In this document: in pieces, positions 32,441 through 42,265 of the stretch
Position numbering within the stretch: the first letter of the stretch is position 1
Layout of the letters: each line of letters begins with the position of its first letter
DNA from: an uncultured Acidimicrobiales bacterium
GTDB lineage: Bacteria > Actinomycetota > Acidimicrobiia > Acidimicrobiales > SZUA-35
Reading direction: 5' to 3'
Length of the DNA: 64,000 nucleotides
Assembly: GCA_963775125.1 (NCBI GenBank)
Contig: CAVZHQ010000007.1
Coordinates: forward strand, 278,412 to 342,411
Translations under genes and position numbers: made by a program
The notes under the pieces: model-generated
The model's input: the letters and a program-made list of their open reading frames with translations, nothing else
Told to the model about the DNA's origin: nothing
The model's database searches: none

Positions 32441-33402
32441 TGGCCCTCCTGTCCCGAGTCGCCGGTCGCCTCTACTGGGGCGCCCGATACATCGAACGCG
32501 CCGAAGACACCGCCCGGATCATTCGCGCCTTCCACGAACTGGCGATCGACCAGCCGGGCCCCACCAGGGTTCGGTGGGAGCCGCTGGCCACGGTCGCCGG
32601 AACCTCGGTCGACCTCAGCCAGACCGAGCGCAGCGACCGCGACGGTGGCGAAGAAGCCGTGCTGCATCACCTCATCGCCGACCGATCGCATCCGAGCAGC
32701 ATCTCGTCGTGCGTGGCGACGGCCCGGGAGAACCTTCGGACCACCCGGGAGGTCATGCCGCGGGAAGCGTGGCTGGTACTCAACGCCCTTTCCCAGCAGG
32801 TCGACGATGCGGCGGCGTCGGCGGTGAGCCGACAGTTCCGCGACCGTTTCCTCGCTCAGGTGGTCGGCGACAGTCGTCAGCTCGACGGGGTCATCGAGTC
32901 CACGATGACACGAGCGCATCCCTACCGCATGTGGCGATTGGGTCGCCTCATCGAGCGCGCCGACATGACGACTCGGGTGCTCGGTGTTCGTGCCGCGTCG
33001 TTACTCGTGGCGGACGTCGGTGTCGATGGCGAGGCGGCCATCCAGGAGCACGTGCATGAAGAAGTGCAATGGATGGGTGTGCTCCGCTCGGTGTCGGCCC
33101 TCCAGATGTACCAGCGGGCAACCCACGCGCCCATCCACGGCGAGGCGGTGGTGCGCTTCCTGCTGTTCTACTCACCGTTCCCGCGGTCGGTTCAGGGATG
33201 CATCGACGAACTTCGCACCGTGGTGATGGCGCTGCCCTCACCTCAGGCGGTGATCGTTGCGTTGGATCACTGCCAGACCGTCCTCGACAACTGCGACCCC
33301 ATTGTTTCCGATGGCGCGGCCCTCGACGACGCCATGGAGGACTGCCAGCAATCGATTGCGGCCATCAACCAGGCAATTCTCGACCGCTTCGTCGAGGGGT
33401 GA
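32440..33402 (+). CDS. Alpha-E domain protein
   Basis: LLSRVAGRLYWGARYIERAEDTAR, ARENLR and LGRLIERADMTTR (ER motifs); PRSV. Confidence 0.9.
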   Translation: MALLSRVAGRLYWGARYIERAEDTARIIRAFHELAIDQPGPTRVRWEPLATVAGTSVDLSQTERSDRDGGEEAVLHHLIADRSHPSSISSCVATARENLRTTREVMPREAWLVLNALSQQVDDAAASAVSRQFRDRFLAQVVGDSRQLDGVIESTMTRAHPYRMWRLGRLIERADMTTRVLGVRAASLLVADVGVDGEAAIQEHVHEEVQWMGVLRSVSALQMYQRATHAPIHGEAVVRFLLFYSPFPRSVQGCIDELRTVVMALPSPQAVIVALDHCQTVLDNCDPIVSDGAALDDAMEDCQQSIAAINQAILDRFVEG

Positions 33403-33443
33403 GCGGGTCTCTGTCCCCGGCCAGAAGGGCTAGTCTGCCCCCT

Positions 33444-35672
33444 GTGACCGCCCTCTTCGCTCCTCCGAGTCTTGCCGCGCAGCTGCCGGACTTGACGAGC
33501 GTCGCCCGCCTGCAGGACCGCACGGATCGAATCCTGGCCTCTGAGGGAGCGGGTCATCTCGTCCACGATCTCCCCGTCCGGGCCGATGGCCGCTTCGCCA
33601 CCATCGAGAGCCGCCCGTGGAGGCTGGACGCTGCACCGCTGGCCATCGATCCCGCCGTGTTCGCCTGGTTGGCCGACGCCATCACCGAGCGGATGCGCCG
33701 GCTCGAGAAGGTGGCCGCCGATCTCTACGGCGACCGCCACCTCGTCGGTGAACGCGTCGTGCCGGCAGAGGTGCTGGCGGCATCGCCCCGCTACCGGCTG
33801 TCGGCGGTCGGCTCGGCGCCCAAACGTTGGCTGTCGGTGTATGCCGTCGATCTGTCAATTTCGGCCGGCGGCCACTGGTCGGTCGTCCAAGACCTGACCG
33901 ACGCGCCTCCCGGGCTCGGCTACGCACTCCTCAATCGATCGGTGCTGTCACGCGTGATCCCCGATGCGGTCGCCGCCCACGGGGTGGCGCCGTTGGCGCC
34001 CATTTCGGGGGCATTGCGGAACGCGCTTGCGGCGGTGAGCGACGCCCCGAGTCCACGCATCGTGTTGTTCTCCGGCGGGCTCGATCACCCTTCGTACGTC
34101 GATCATTCGTACCTGGCGGTACACCTTGGCCTGAACCTGGCCGAAGGCGCCGATCTGGTGGTGCGCCAGCGGCGCCTCTGGTTGCGCTCGCTCGACGGGT
34201 TGGAGCCCGTCGATGTGCTGTACCGCCGGGTGGAGGATCCGGGTATCGACCCGTTGGGCGTCGCAGCCAAGGGCGCCGTCGGCGTGCCCGGGCTGCTGCA
34301 GGCGCTCCGCTCCGGAGGAGCGACCGTGGCAAACGCGCACGGCACCGGCGTGTTCGAGGAACCGGCGCTGCATCCGTATCTCGAGGATGCACTGGAGCGG
34401 ATGGCCGGGGGCGACGGCGCACCGCACCGTGACCCAGGGTCCAGTCGCTCCGGCGCCAGTCTTTCGCTGGGGCGGCCGAACGATCCGGCCCGCTGCGCTG
34501 TTTCAGCGGGACTGCTCGGCCCCAGCGCCACCGACGCTGCATTCGTGATCCGAATGTTCGCGGTGAATGACGGCATCCAGACCACCGTGCTTCCGGGCGG
34601 CACGGTCCGGGTGCTCGCCGATGGCGACGACCCGACGCTTCCAACGGCGTGCATCGCCAAGGACTTGTGGGTCAGTGGTCCGGGGCTGGCGCCGCGGGTC
34701 GTGCCCCATCTTCCGCAGGTCGATCTGGGGCGTTCGGTACCCACCCGGGCGGCCGATGCGCTGCACTGGATGAACCGGTCGGCCGAGCGAGCCGAGGCCA
34801 TGGTCCGCGTTGCCAGGGTCATCAGTTCCCGTGTCGAACTCGATCCCGGGTTGGTCGAACTCGACGACGGTGCGTGGGTCCGCGTCATGGGCGCCGTGAG
34901 CGGTTCCGCCGGTTGGCCGCGGATGCCTGAGCTGGCGGTCACCGACGGCTCACTCGAGGGCAGGGCGTACCTCGAGGCGAGTCGTAACGCGCTGGCCGAA
35001 GCGGCCGCCATCGAGATCGGCACGATGCTGACCGAGGCCACCACGGTTCGTGAGTTCCTGTCGACCACGACTGGTCGCGTACTGGCGCATCTGGCCGATC
35101 TGCGCTCTTCGCTGCTCGCACACCGGGCTTCGGTCGATGACTTCGACGCCATCCTCGCCGACTTCGCCGCGCTTGCGGGGCTCTGGAACGAGAGCACGGT
35201 TGGTGGACCGGCGTGGATCCTGGGCGACATCGGGCGACGTATCGCCCGGGCCCAGGTGGTGCTCGACCTCGTCGGCGCGGTGTTCTTCTCGCCGGCATCG
35301 GTGCCCTCGCACGAGTCGGCCTCGGGACGAGCTGCCATCGAGGTGCTCCTTGCGTCCAACGAGAGCCTCGTCGCGTATCGACGCCGGCACCGCAGCGACG
35401 TCGAGGCCGAGGCGACCTTGGCGCTGCTGCTCACCGATGTGTCCAATCCGCGGTCCCTTGCCGGTTGCCTCAACCGCCTCGTGGCCCACTCCGTGCAGGC
35501 CGAATGGCCCGAGGGACAGGAGCTGTTCACCGCGGCAGAAGCGGCGCTCGGTTTGCCGCCCGCCGAGATGATCCCGGAAGTGCGCCGCCTCATCCGATCA
35601 GCGGGGCTCCGCCTGGTCGAGCGTTGGTTCTCGGCTCCGGTCAATCCCATCGTCATGGGCCGGTCGACATGA
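33444..35672 (+). CDS. Circularly permuted ATP-grasp (probably inactive) fused to an alpha-E domain
   Basis: RPWRLD, QDLTDAPPGLGYALLNR, DVLYRRV, PGG..RV and KDLWV; then RAADALHWMNRSAERAE, GRRIARA and NPRSLA. Confidence 0.88.
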   Translation: MTALFAPPSLAAQLPDLTSVARLQDRTDRILASEGAGHLVHDLPVRADGRFATIESRPWRLDAAPLAIDPAVFAWLADAITERMRRLEKVAADLYGDRHLVGERVVPAEVLAASPRYRLSAVGSAPKRWLSVYAVDLSISAGGHWSVVQDLTDAPPGLGYALLNRSVLSRVIPDAVAAHGVAPLAPISGALRNALAAVSDAPSPRIVLFSGGLDHPSYVDHSYLAVHLGLNLAEGADLVVRQRRLWLRSLDGLEPVDVLYRRVEDPGIDPLGVAAKGAVGVPGLLQALRSGGATVANAHGTGVFEEPALHPYLEDALERMAGGDGAPHRDPGSSRSGASLSLGRPNDPARCAVSAGLLGPSATDAAFVIRMFAVNDGIQTTVLPGGTVRVLADGDDPTLPTACIAKDLWVSGPGLAPRVVPHLPQVDLGRSVPTRAADALHWMNRSAERAEAMVRVARVISSRVELDPGLVELDDGAWVRVMGAVSGSAGWPRMPELAVTDGSLEGRAYLEASRNALAEAAAIEIGTMLTEATTVREFLSTTTGRVLAHLADLRSSLLAHRASVDDFDAILADFAALAGLWNESTVGGPAWILGDIGRRIARAQVVLDLVGAVFFSPASVPSHESASGRAAIEVLLASNESLVAYRRRHRSDVEAEATLALLLTDVSNPRSLAGCLNRLVAHSVQAEWPEGQELFTAAEAALGLPPAEMIPEVRRLIRSAGLRLVERWFSAPVNPIVMGRST

Positions 35673-35684
35673 GGCACACGGCCG

Positions 35685-36614
35685 ATGCCCATGATTGATC
35701 CGAGCGTGCAGCGGGAGGACATCCCGGCGGCGCAGCGCACCTACCGAATCCGACACACGACGGTCTATGCCTATTCGGCGACGATGACCGACAGCTACAC
35801 CGTGGCCTCGATCACGCCCCGCCCGACGCCGTGGCAAGACGTGATCTCGACCCAGGTCGTGGTCGAACCCGAGGCGAACGAGGCCGATCAATACCTCGAT
35901 GTCTTCGGCAACCGCATCAGCCAGTTCGGGTTGCACGAACCCCATACCCGCATGAGCATCCAAGCCGACAGTACGGTGGTGGTGACCGAGCGACCGTACC
36001 CCAATGATCCGACGCCGTGGGAGACGGTCGTCGAGCTGCTCGACGGTCTGTCCGACACCTTGGCGACCGACGTGTGTTTCCTTCGCGGCGCGTCGACCTT
36101 CATCGATCTCGATCGATGGAGCGTGCCCCTCAGCACGTTGGGGAACGACGCGTTCCCGCCCGGCGCCGGGATCGTCGAAGGCGCTCGGTCGCTGTGCGAC
36201 GCCATCTTCCGGGGGTTCGTCTTCGACTCCGCCGCCACCGATGTCTCGACGCCGCTCGGACAGGTGCTGGACCAGAGACGAGGGGTGTGCCAGGACTTCG
36301 CGCACCTGGCAACGGCCGTGCTCCGATCACTGGGGTTGGCCGCCCGGTACGTGAGCGGCTACATCGAGACCGAACCTCCCCCCGGACAGGCCCGCCTGGT
36401 GGGCGCCGACGCCTCGCACGCCTGGTGCTCGATTTGGACTCCGAACGAGGGCTGGGTCGACTTCGATCCGACCAACGGACATCTCCCCGTGAACCGGCAT
36501 GTCACGGTCGCGTGGGGCCGCGACTACGCCGACGTCACGCCGGTACGTGGCGTCATGATCGGCCCGGCTGCGGGTCAGAGTCTCGAAGTGTCGGTCGACG
36601 TCGCTCCGCTCTGA
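35685..36614 (+). CDS. Transglutaminase-family protein (bacterial TGase-like N-terminal domain plus catalytic core)
   Basis: YRIRHTTVYAY, DVFGN, RGVCQDFAH (Cys), ARYVSGY, ASHAW (His), DFDPTN (Asp) and GRDYADVTP. Confidence 0.93.
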   Translation: MPMIDPSVQREDIPAAQRTYRIRHTTVYAYSATMTDSYTVASITPRPTPWQDVISTQVVVEPEANEADQYLDVFGNRISQFGLHEPHTRMSIQADSTVVVTERPYPNDPTPWETVVELLDGLSDTLATDVCFLRGASTFIDLDRWSVPLSTLGNDAFPPGAGIVEGARSLCDAIFRGFVFDSAATDVSTPLGQVLDQRRGVCQDFAHLATAVLRSLGLAARYVSGYIETEPPPGQARLVGADASHAWCSIWTPNEGWVDFDPTNGHLPVNRHVTVAWGRDYADVTPVRGVMIGPAAGQSLEVSVDVAPL

Positions 36615-38082
36615 TCAGCTCGGAAGATCACGGTCAACCGAAGAGGCTTCTGCGCCGAAGGCGCGGCCGACGGCATTGGGAAGCTCTTCGGCCCACTGGA
36701 TGAGATCGTGACCGCAGACCCGCTCGGTCAGATGATGGCGGGCACCCAGCCGCTCGAGGAAGTACGCCCACATGACCGTGGCCTGGTGGAAGGGGCCCTC
36801 GAGGGTGCCGGCGCAGAGATGGACGAACGGGGCATCTGCGCCCCATCGGGTTCGGCCGTCGGGTGGCATGCCGGTGCTGTACGCGAAGACGTGCCCGTAG
36901 GCGCTCGGGTGCAGCATGCCAGTGGCAAGGGCATGACCGCCGCCATCGGAACAACCGAACACCGCTCGGCGGTCACGCGCGGCAGAGATCGGGAGTTCGG
37001 CATCGGCCCAAGCCGCCAATTCGCTGACGAAGAAGCGTTGGTGGGCGTCGAAGCGCCGGTCGTCGAAACCGGGGAGGTACTCGAGCGCTCGAAGGTTCTG
37101 CTGGGCGTTCAGCGGACTCATGGCGTTGGCGGAGTGGGCGGCGACGACGACCACGGGAGGACACGCGCCGGACTCGATGGCAGCGTCGAGCCGGCGGGCG
37201 TAGGCCGCGAACATGTCGCCATCGGTCGAGAAGATGACGGGCAGGTCGGCGCCGTGCCGGGCGGCAGGCTTGTACACGGTGACCCGGCGAGGTTCGCCGA
37301 GAGCTGCCGATTCGACGGCGTGTTCGAAGAGGGAACCGATGACGGGTTCGTTCGACGGCGCTTCCGGCGGCGCAAGCGGACCGCGAAAGCGACCATCGTG
37401 GGAGCCTCGTCGGGTGCCCATCTTCGGGGCCTGCCCGAGCGGCGTCCTGGTGTAGGTGATGACGGCCTCGGGTAGGCGATCGATTCGGACGGTCACCACC
37501 TGAAGCCCATCGCCCGCATCCCAGCTGGGCATCGGCAGCACCGGCGTTGCCATGAACGGATGGTCCATCTCGGCGATGATGGTCAATTCGTCGCCATCGG
37601 CCCAACAGGGTTCGCCCTCGTCGGCCCAGCGGGCCCGCAGCTGGGCAGGGTCGGGGTCTCGCCACACGCGCATGAACGGGTTGTTGGGATCGAGGCCACC
37701 TCGTTCGGCCCGATCCCGGGCGAGCCGTCGGCTCTCGTCTTCGAGCCGACGGCGAAGCTCCGCCAGGGGTGGGATTCCGAACTCGGCTCGCTGTTCGTCG
37801 GTCACGCCGTGGTCGACCGGGGCAAGGGAGACATCGCCGTAGTTCTGCATGGCGATGCTGCCGAACGGTTGGGGTCGGCCGCTGAGCACGGCCAGCCGAT
37901 CGGCGCATTCGGCGAAGACGGGTCCGGCGTCGGCCTCGCCCGCCGAGGTGGGCCTGCATGGCCAGCTCGGCTGCGGCCATGAGGTCTTCGGGCGTTCCGG
38001 TCTGGGACAGCTGCCGGGCGGATGCGAGCGCCGCGGCAGGGTCGTGGAGAGGAGAGTCGGGGGGAGGTTCAGAGGAGGGCAT
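36615..38082 (-). CDS. DUF6624-like domain fused to a Fes-type (enterochelin esterase-like) alpha/beta hydrolase; frameshift near 37940
   Basis: DRLAVLSGRPQPFGS...DEQRAEFGIPPLAE; then SAALGEPRRVTVYKP, STDG, GCSDGG (nucleophile) and CGHD. Confidence 0.75.
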
Positions 38083-39244
38083 AGACAGTCCTGACCAGGG
38101 CTTCGCTTCGATCGTCCCCGGCGTCTCCGGAGACCATGCGGTTCATCATGTAGGCAATGGTGAGTTGGCGCTCGGTGTCGACGATGATCGACGAGCCGCC
38201 CCATCCGCCCCAGTGACAGATGCGGCCGGCCGGAAGTTCGGGGGTGCGTTCGGGCGACGGGAGGCCGTAACCGATGCCGAAGCGGTGGACGTCGCCCAGG
38301 ACGAGGTCGGGACCGTAGGACTGCTCGTGGAAGATGAGATCGATGGTTTGCGGCGACAACAGTTGCAACGGCCCGCCTCGGGAACTCGTGGTCCTGCCAC
38401 CGTTGGCGACAAGGGACTGGACCAGGGCAACCGAGCGGGCGTTGCCGTGCCCGTTGGCGGCGCCGATCTCGGCTCGTCGCCACGCAGAAGTCCAGGCGAT
38501 GTCGGCGTCGAGGATCGGCGCTTTCCGGGCGAGGAACTCAGCGGGCGCCGGCGCGGTCGGGTCGGGTTCCACCGGTTCGGGTGGCACGACGTTGGTGACG
38601 CGATGATCGTGCATTGGATCGAGACCGATATGGAAGTCGGCACCGAGCGGTCGGGCTACCTCCTCGGCGAAGAACTGGCCGATGGTGCGCCCGTCGATCC
38701 GGCGAATGACCTCGCCGACGAGGTGACCCTGGTTCAGCGAGTGATAGCCCGAGGCGGTGCCCGGTTCCCAGCAGGGTGCCTGGGCCGCCAGATGGGCGAC
38801 CGCCCGATCCCAGTCGTACAGCTCGTCCAGTCCGAACGGCGCCTCCCAGAACGGGATGCCCGAAGTGTGCGCCATGAGGTGCCGGACCTCGATGCCGGCT
38901 TTGCCGTTCGCCGCGAAGTCCGGCCAATACTGCGCCACCGGGGCGAACACGTCGAGGAGTCCCCGTTCGACCAGTACGAGGGCGCACAGACTGGTCATGG
39001 TCTTCGTGGTCGACCACACGTTGGTGATGGTGTCCTCGAGCCAGGGCTCGGATCGATCGGGGTCCTTCCAACCGCCCCACAGGTCGACGACGAACTCGTC
39101 ACCTTCCATGACGGCAAGCGACGCTCCCAGATCGTTGCCACTGGCGATGCTGCCGGCAAGCAGGTCGGCGAGGACTTCGAATCGTGGATCGCACCTGCCG
39201 TGCACCGAGTCGGCTGGGGCGACGGCTGGCGGTTTCGACGACAT
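38069..39244 (-). CDS. Serine hydrolase (beta-lactamase family esterase)
   Basis: VWSTTK (SxxK), LMAHTSG, PGTASGYH, DFHIGL and HWGGWGGS. Confidence 0.92.
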   Translation of the reverse strand: MSSKPPAVAPADSVHGRCDPRFEVLADLLAGSIASGNDLGASLAVMEGDEFVVDLWGGWKDPDRSEPWLEDTITNVWSTTKTMTSLCALVLVERGLLDVFAPVAQYWPDFAANGKAGIEVRHLMAHTSGIPFWEAPFGLDELYDWDRAVAHLAAQAPCWEPGTASGYHSLNQGHLVGEVIRRIDGRTIGQFFAEEVARPLGADFHIGLDPMHDHRVTNVVPPEPVEPDPTAPAPAEFLARKAPILDADIAWTSAWRRAEIGAANGHGNARSVALVQSLVANGGRTTSSRGGPLQLLSPQTIDLIFHEQSYGPDLVLGDVHRFGIGYGLPSPERTPELPAGRICHWGGWGGSSIIVDTERQLTIAYMMNRMVSGDAGDDRSEALVRTVYALL

Positions 39245-39435
39245 CGCCCCACCGTAACCAACTCTGGACGATCGGTCAGTTCTGCCCACTGACGGTGGGT
39301 ACGCGTTCCCGACACCATGGGTTCAGATTCGTTCGGGCCGGAACTGTTTGTTCCGAGACGGCGATACCGGACGCTTGGCGAGCGTCCGGGCGTGAACATT
39401 TCGAGAAGCCTCAGGGCTCGGCGTGGAGGTCGTTT

Positions 39436-40449
39436 GTGATTTTGCTGGAGGAAGCCATCGAGCGCTACAAGCTCGCGGTGCGTGACTTCGGCATCGAGGT
39501 CGAGCGGCATCGGCGGGCCTCGCAGGCCGCTCGGAGCGTTGTGCAGGTCGAGCGTCGAATCCGTGATCTCCGCCTGCCCGCCGAGCTTCGTCACCTGTGG
39601 CTCACCTACACCTCACCAAGTTTCGGGTCGCTCTTCTTCGATGGGGTGTATCGCCCTGACGAGGCGCTTCGGGTCTACGAACGGGACGTGAGCCTTGGTT
39701 ACCCCCGAGCGGTGTTCCCGCTTGCGTACATCGAGCGGGCCGGCATCTGGGTCGAGCTCGAGACACCCGAACACCCCGGCGGCCGGGTCTACCACACGTT
39801 CTACGACGACGCGGAGTTGCAGCTCTGGTGCGTCGACCTGTCGACGTTGACCCACCTGTTGGCAGAAACCATCGAGCAGCGTGGGGTGAACGAACCGATG
39901 TCGGAACGCCCCTGGATCGACGTGGGTGTCTTCGACCATCTCCGCCTCGAGCGCACCTCCGAGATGTTGGCCATGCCCGATGAGTGGCGGATTCCGGTCC
40001 CGAACCGCAACGCGTGGCCGCAGCACTGGCGCGGGGCCGAAGGACTGGCGCCGAAAACCGAGGCCAAGGCGAGCGGCCCGACCCACAGCATTGCCAGCTT
40101 CAACGACGAGCGTGCATCGGGGAGGGTGTCGGGCACCATTGTCGGTCGTATCACCGGCCTGGTCTCGGGCGGTCCGATCGATGGACTGGTGCTCAATGTC
40201 ACCGACGACAGCGGCTCACTCCAGCTGTACGCCGCGGCGGAGATCGAGCGGTCCGTATCCGAGATCGGTTTCGGGACGCCGGCCGAATTCGATGTCATCG
40301 GCGAACCGCACGGAGCCGGGACCCAATCGGGGCGATCATCCATGCTGCGGCGAAGCTTCGAGGATCTCTCTGTCGGGCACCTGCGCCTCTTGGCCCAGAT
40401 GCGCAAGCTTGACGTCTCGGCCGCGGTGACTGCGATCCGGCCGGCCTGA
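39436..40449 (+). CDS. Hypothetical protein: SMI1/KNR4 (SUKH)-like N-terminus and OB-like C-terminus
   Basis: GGAGGT RBS then GTG at 39436; LRLPAELRHLW, AVFPLAY and GGRVY; C-terminus GTIVGRITGL..VTDDSGSLQLY. Confidence 0.6.
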   Translation: MILLEEAIERYKLAVRDFGIEVERHRRASQAARSVVQVERRIRDLRLPAELRHLWLTYTSPSFGSLFFDGVYRPDEALRVYERDVSLGYPRAVFPLAYIERAGIWVELETPEHPGGRVYHTFYDDAELQLWCVDLSTLTHLLAETIEQRGVNEPMSERPWIDVGVFDHLRLERTSEMLAMPDEWRIPVPNRNAWPQHWRGAEGLAPKTEAKASGPTHSIASFNDERASGRVSGTIVGRITGLVSGGPIDGLVLNVTDDSGSLQLYAAAEIERSVSEIGFGTPAEFDVIGEPHGAGTQSGRSSMLRRSFEDLSVGHLRLLAQMRKLDVSAAVTAIRPA

Positions 40450-40509
40450 GGTCCTGTCGGGTCGCCTGACGCTTCGGGCCGAGATCGGGGTGCCCGGTAG
40501 GCTCACCCG

Positions 40510-42261
40510 ATGACCACGCACCAGGCGAGCAACGCCGACATCCTGGCGATGCTGTCAGAGCTCGCAGAGCTCACAGCCCTCGACGAGGGCAGCCCACAAT
40601 CGTTCAAGGTGCGGGCCTACGAGGCGGCCCGCCTCGCCCTCCAGGTTGATGGGCGTGACCTCTCGTCGCTCGGTGTCGGTGAACTCAACGCCATCGCCGG
40701 CGTCGGCAAGGCAACGGCGACGAAGATCCGGGAGCTCGTGGAGCACGGCAGGGTCGACAAGCTCGAGCGTCTCCGCTCGGAGTACCCGCCATCGGTCATC
40801 GCGTTGAGCCGAATCCCTGGAGTTGGCCCCAAGACCCTTCGGCTGCTGCGTTCCGAATTGGGGATCGAGGACGTCGACGGCCTTCGCTCGGCGATCGAGA
40901 ACGAACAGGTCAGGCGGCTCCCTGGCATGGGCGCGACCAGCGAGGCCAAGATCGCCAAGGCCATCGAACGCCTCGGGCAGGCGGGCAAGCATCAGCGCAC
41001 GCCCATTGCCGATGCCTTGCCGCTGGCCGAGCGCCTCGTCAACGACCTGCAGGCGCTGGACGGCGTGGAATCTGTGGCCTACTGCGGCAGTCTGCGTCGG
41101 TTCGTCGAGACGGTGGGCGACGTCGACATCACGGTTGCGTCGCAGCGACCCGAGGAAGTGATGGCCGCAGTCCGCTCCCACCCCGAGGCCAGGGAGATCA
41201 TCGGTTCGGGGTCGACGAAGACGTCGTTCCTGACGGCCCGAGGGTTCCAGATCGACGTACGTGTCGTCGAGCCCGACCAGTTCGGCGCGGCGACGCTCTA
41301 CTTCACCGGCAGCAAGGCCCACAACATCGCCCTTCGGCAACGCGCCATGGCCCAAGGCTTGCTGCTGAACGAGTACGGCCTGTTCGATGCCGAGACCAGC
41401 AAGCGATCCCCGGCACGTACGGAGAGCGAACTGTATGAGGCGCTGGGGATGCGGCCGGTACCGCCGCCAATGCGCGAAGGCGCCGGCGAGGTGGAGGCAG
41501 CAGCCGCTGACTCGTTGCCCGATCTGGTCCAGCGCTCCCACATCCGAGGTGACCTCCACTACCACACCGACCGGTCCGGAGACGGAAGGGCCACCGTCGA
41601 GGAGATGGTGGCCGAGGCCGCAGCGCAGGGGTACGAGTATCTGGCCATCACCGATCATGGTGAAGACCTCGCCATCAACGGCTCGAACCCCGAACAGATG
41701 CTGGCCCATCGCGAGCACATCGCCGAGGTGCAGAAGACGTACCCCGACCTTCGACTGCTGTGGGGCTGCGAGCTCAACATCGGAGCCAAGGGCGGCCTCG
41801 ATTACGAGCCCGACTTCCGGTCCATGTTCGACTACACGGTCGCGTCGGTGCATTCGTACTTCGACCTCAGCGAGCGCGACCAGACGGTGCGGCTTGTCAA
41901 GGCGATCTCGGACCCGACCGTGGACTCCATCGGACATCTCACCGGTCGTTACATCGGGCGCCGACCTGGCATCGTGCTCGACATCGACATCGTGCTCGAG
42001 GCACTGTTCACGTTCGACGTCGCGCTCGAGATCAACGGCGCACTCCAGCGCCTCGACGCAGCCTCTGATGTGGTTCGGCGGGCAGTCGACCGAGGCGTCA
42101 AGCTGGTCATCAACACCGACAGCCATCACACCAGCGAACTCGGGCGCATGGAGTACGGCGTGCTCACGGCCCAGCGCGGCTGGGTTCCGCGAGAACTCGT
42201 GGTGAACACCTGGGACCGCGATCGCTTCCTCGAGTGGGTGGCCACCCATCGCCACGCCTGA
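40510..42261 (+). CDS. polX: DNA polymerase X with PHP domain
   Basis: FKVRAY, HhH motifs IAGVGK, IPGVGPK and LPGMG; GSLRR..VGDVD, QIDVR and FTGSKAHN; PHP motifs DLHYHT, TDH and NTDSH. Confidence 0.95.
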   Translation: MTTHQASNADILAMLSELAELTALDEGSPQSFKVRAYEAARLALQVDGRDLSSLGVGELNAIAGVGKATATKIRELVEHGRVDKLERLRSEYPPSVIALSRIPGVGPKTLRLLRSELGIEDVDGLRSAIENEQVRRLPGMGATSEAKIAKAIERLGQAGKHQRTPIADALPLAERLVNDLQALDGVESVAYCGSLRRFVETVGDVDITVASQRPEEVMAAVRSHPEAREIIGSGSTKTSFLTARGFQIDVRVVEPDQFGAATLYFTGSKAHNIALRQRAMAQGLLLNEYGLFDAETSKRSPARTESELYEALGMRPVPPPMREGAGEVEAAAADSLPDLVQRSHIRGDLHYHTDRSGDGRATVEEMVAEAAAQGYEYLAITDHGEDLAINGSNPEQMLAHREHIAEVQKTYPDLRLLWGCELNIGAKGGLDYEPDFRSMFDYTVASVHSYFDLSERDQTVRLVKAISDPTVDSIGHLTGRYIGRRPGIVLDIDIVLEALFTFDVALEINGALQRLDAASDVVRRAVDRGVKLVINTDSHHTSELGRMEYGVLTAQRGWVPRELVVNTWDRDRFLEWVATHRHA

Positions 42262-42265
42262 ACGG

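Noticed and set aside
30997-33402. 801-aa ATP-grasp/alpha-E fusion
   Set aside because: The conserved ATP-grasp C-terminus ([18 protein letters not shown]) is in another frame and ends at 32440, overlapping the alpha-E ATG. These are two genes.
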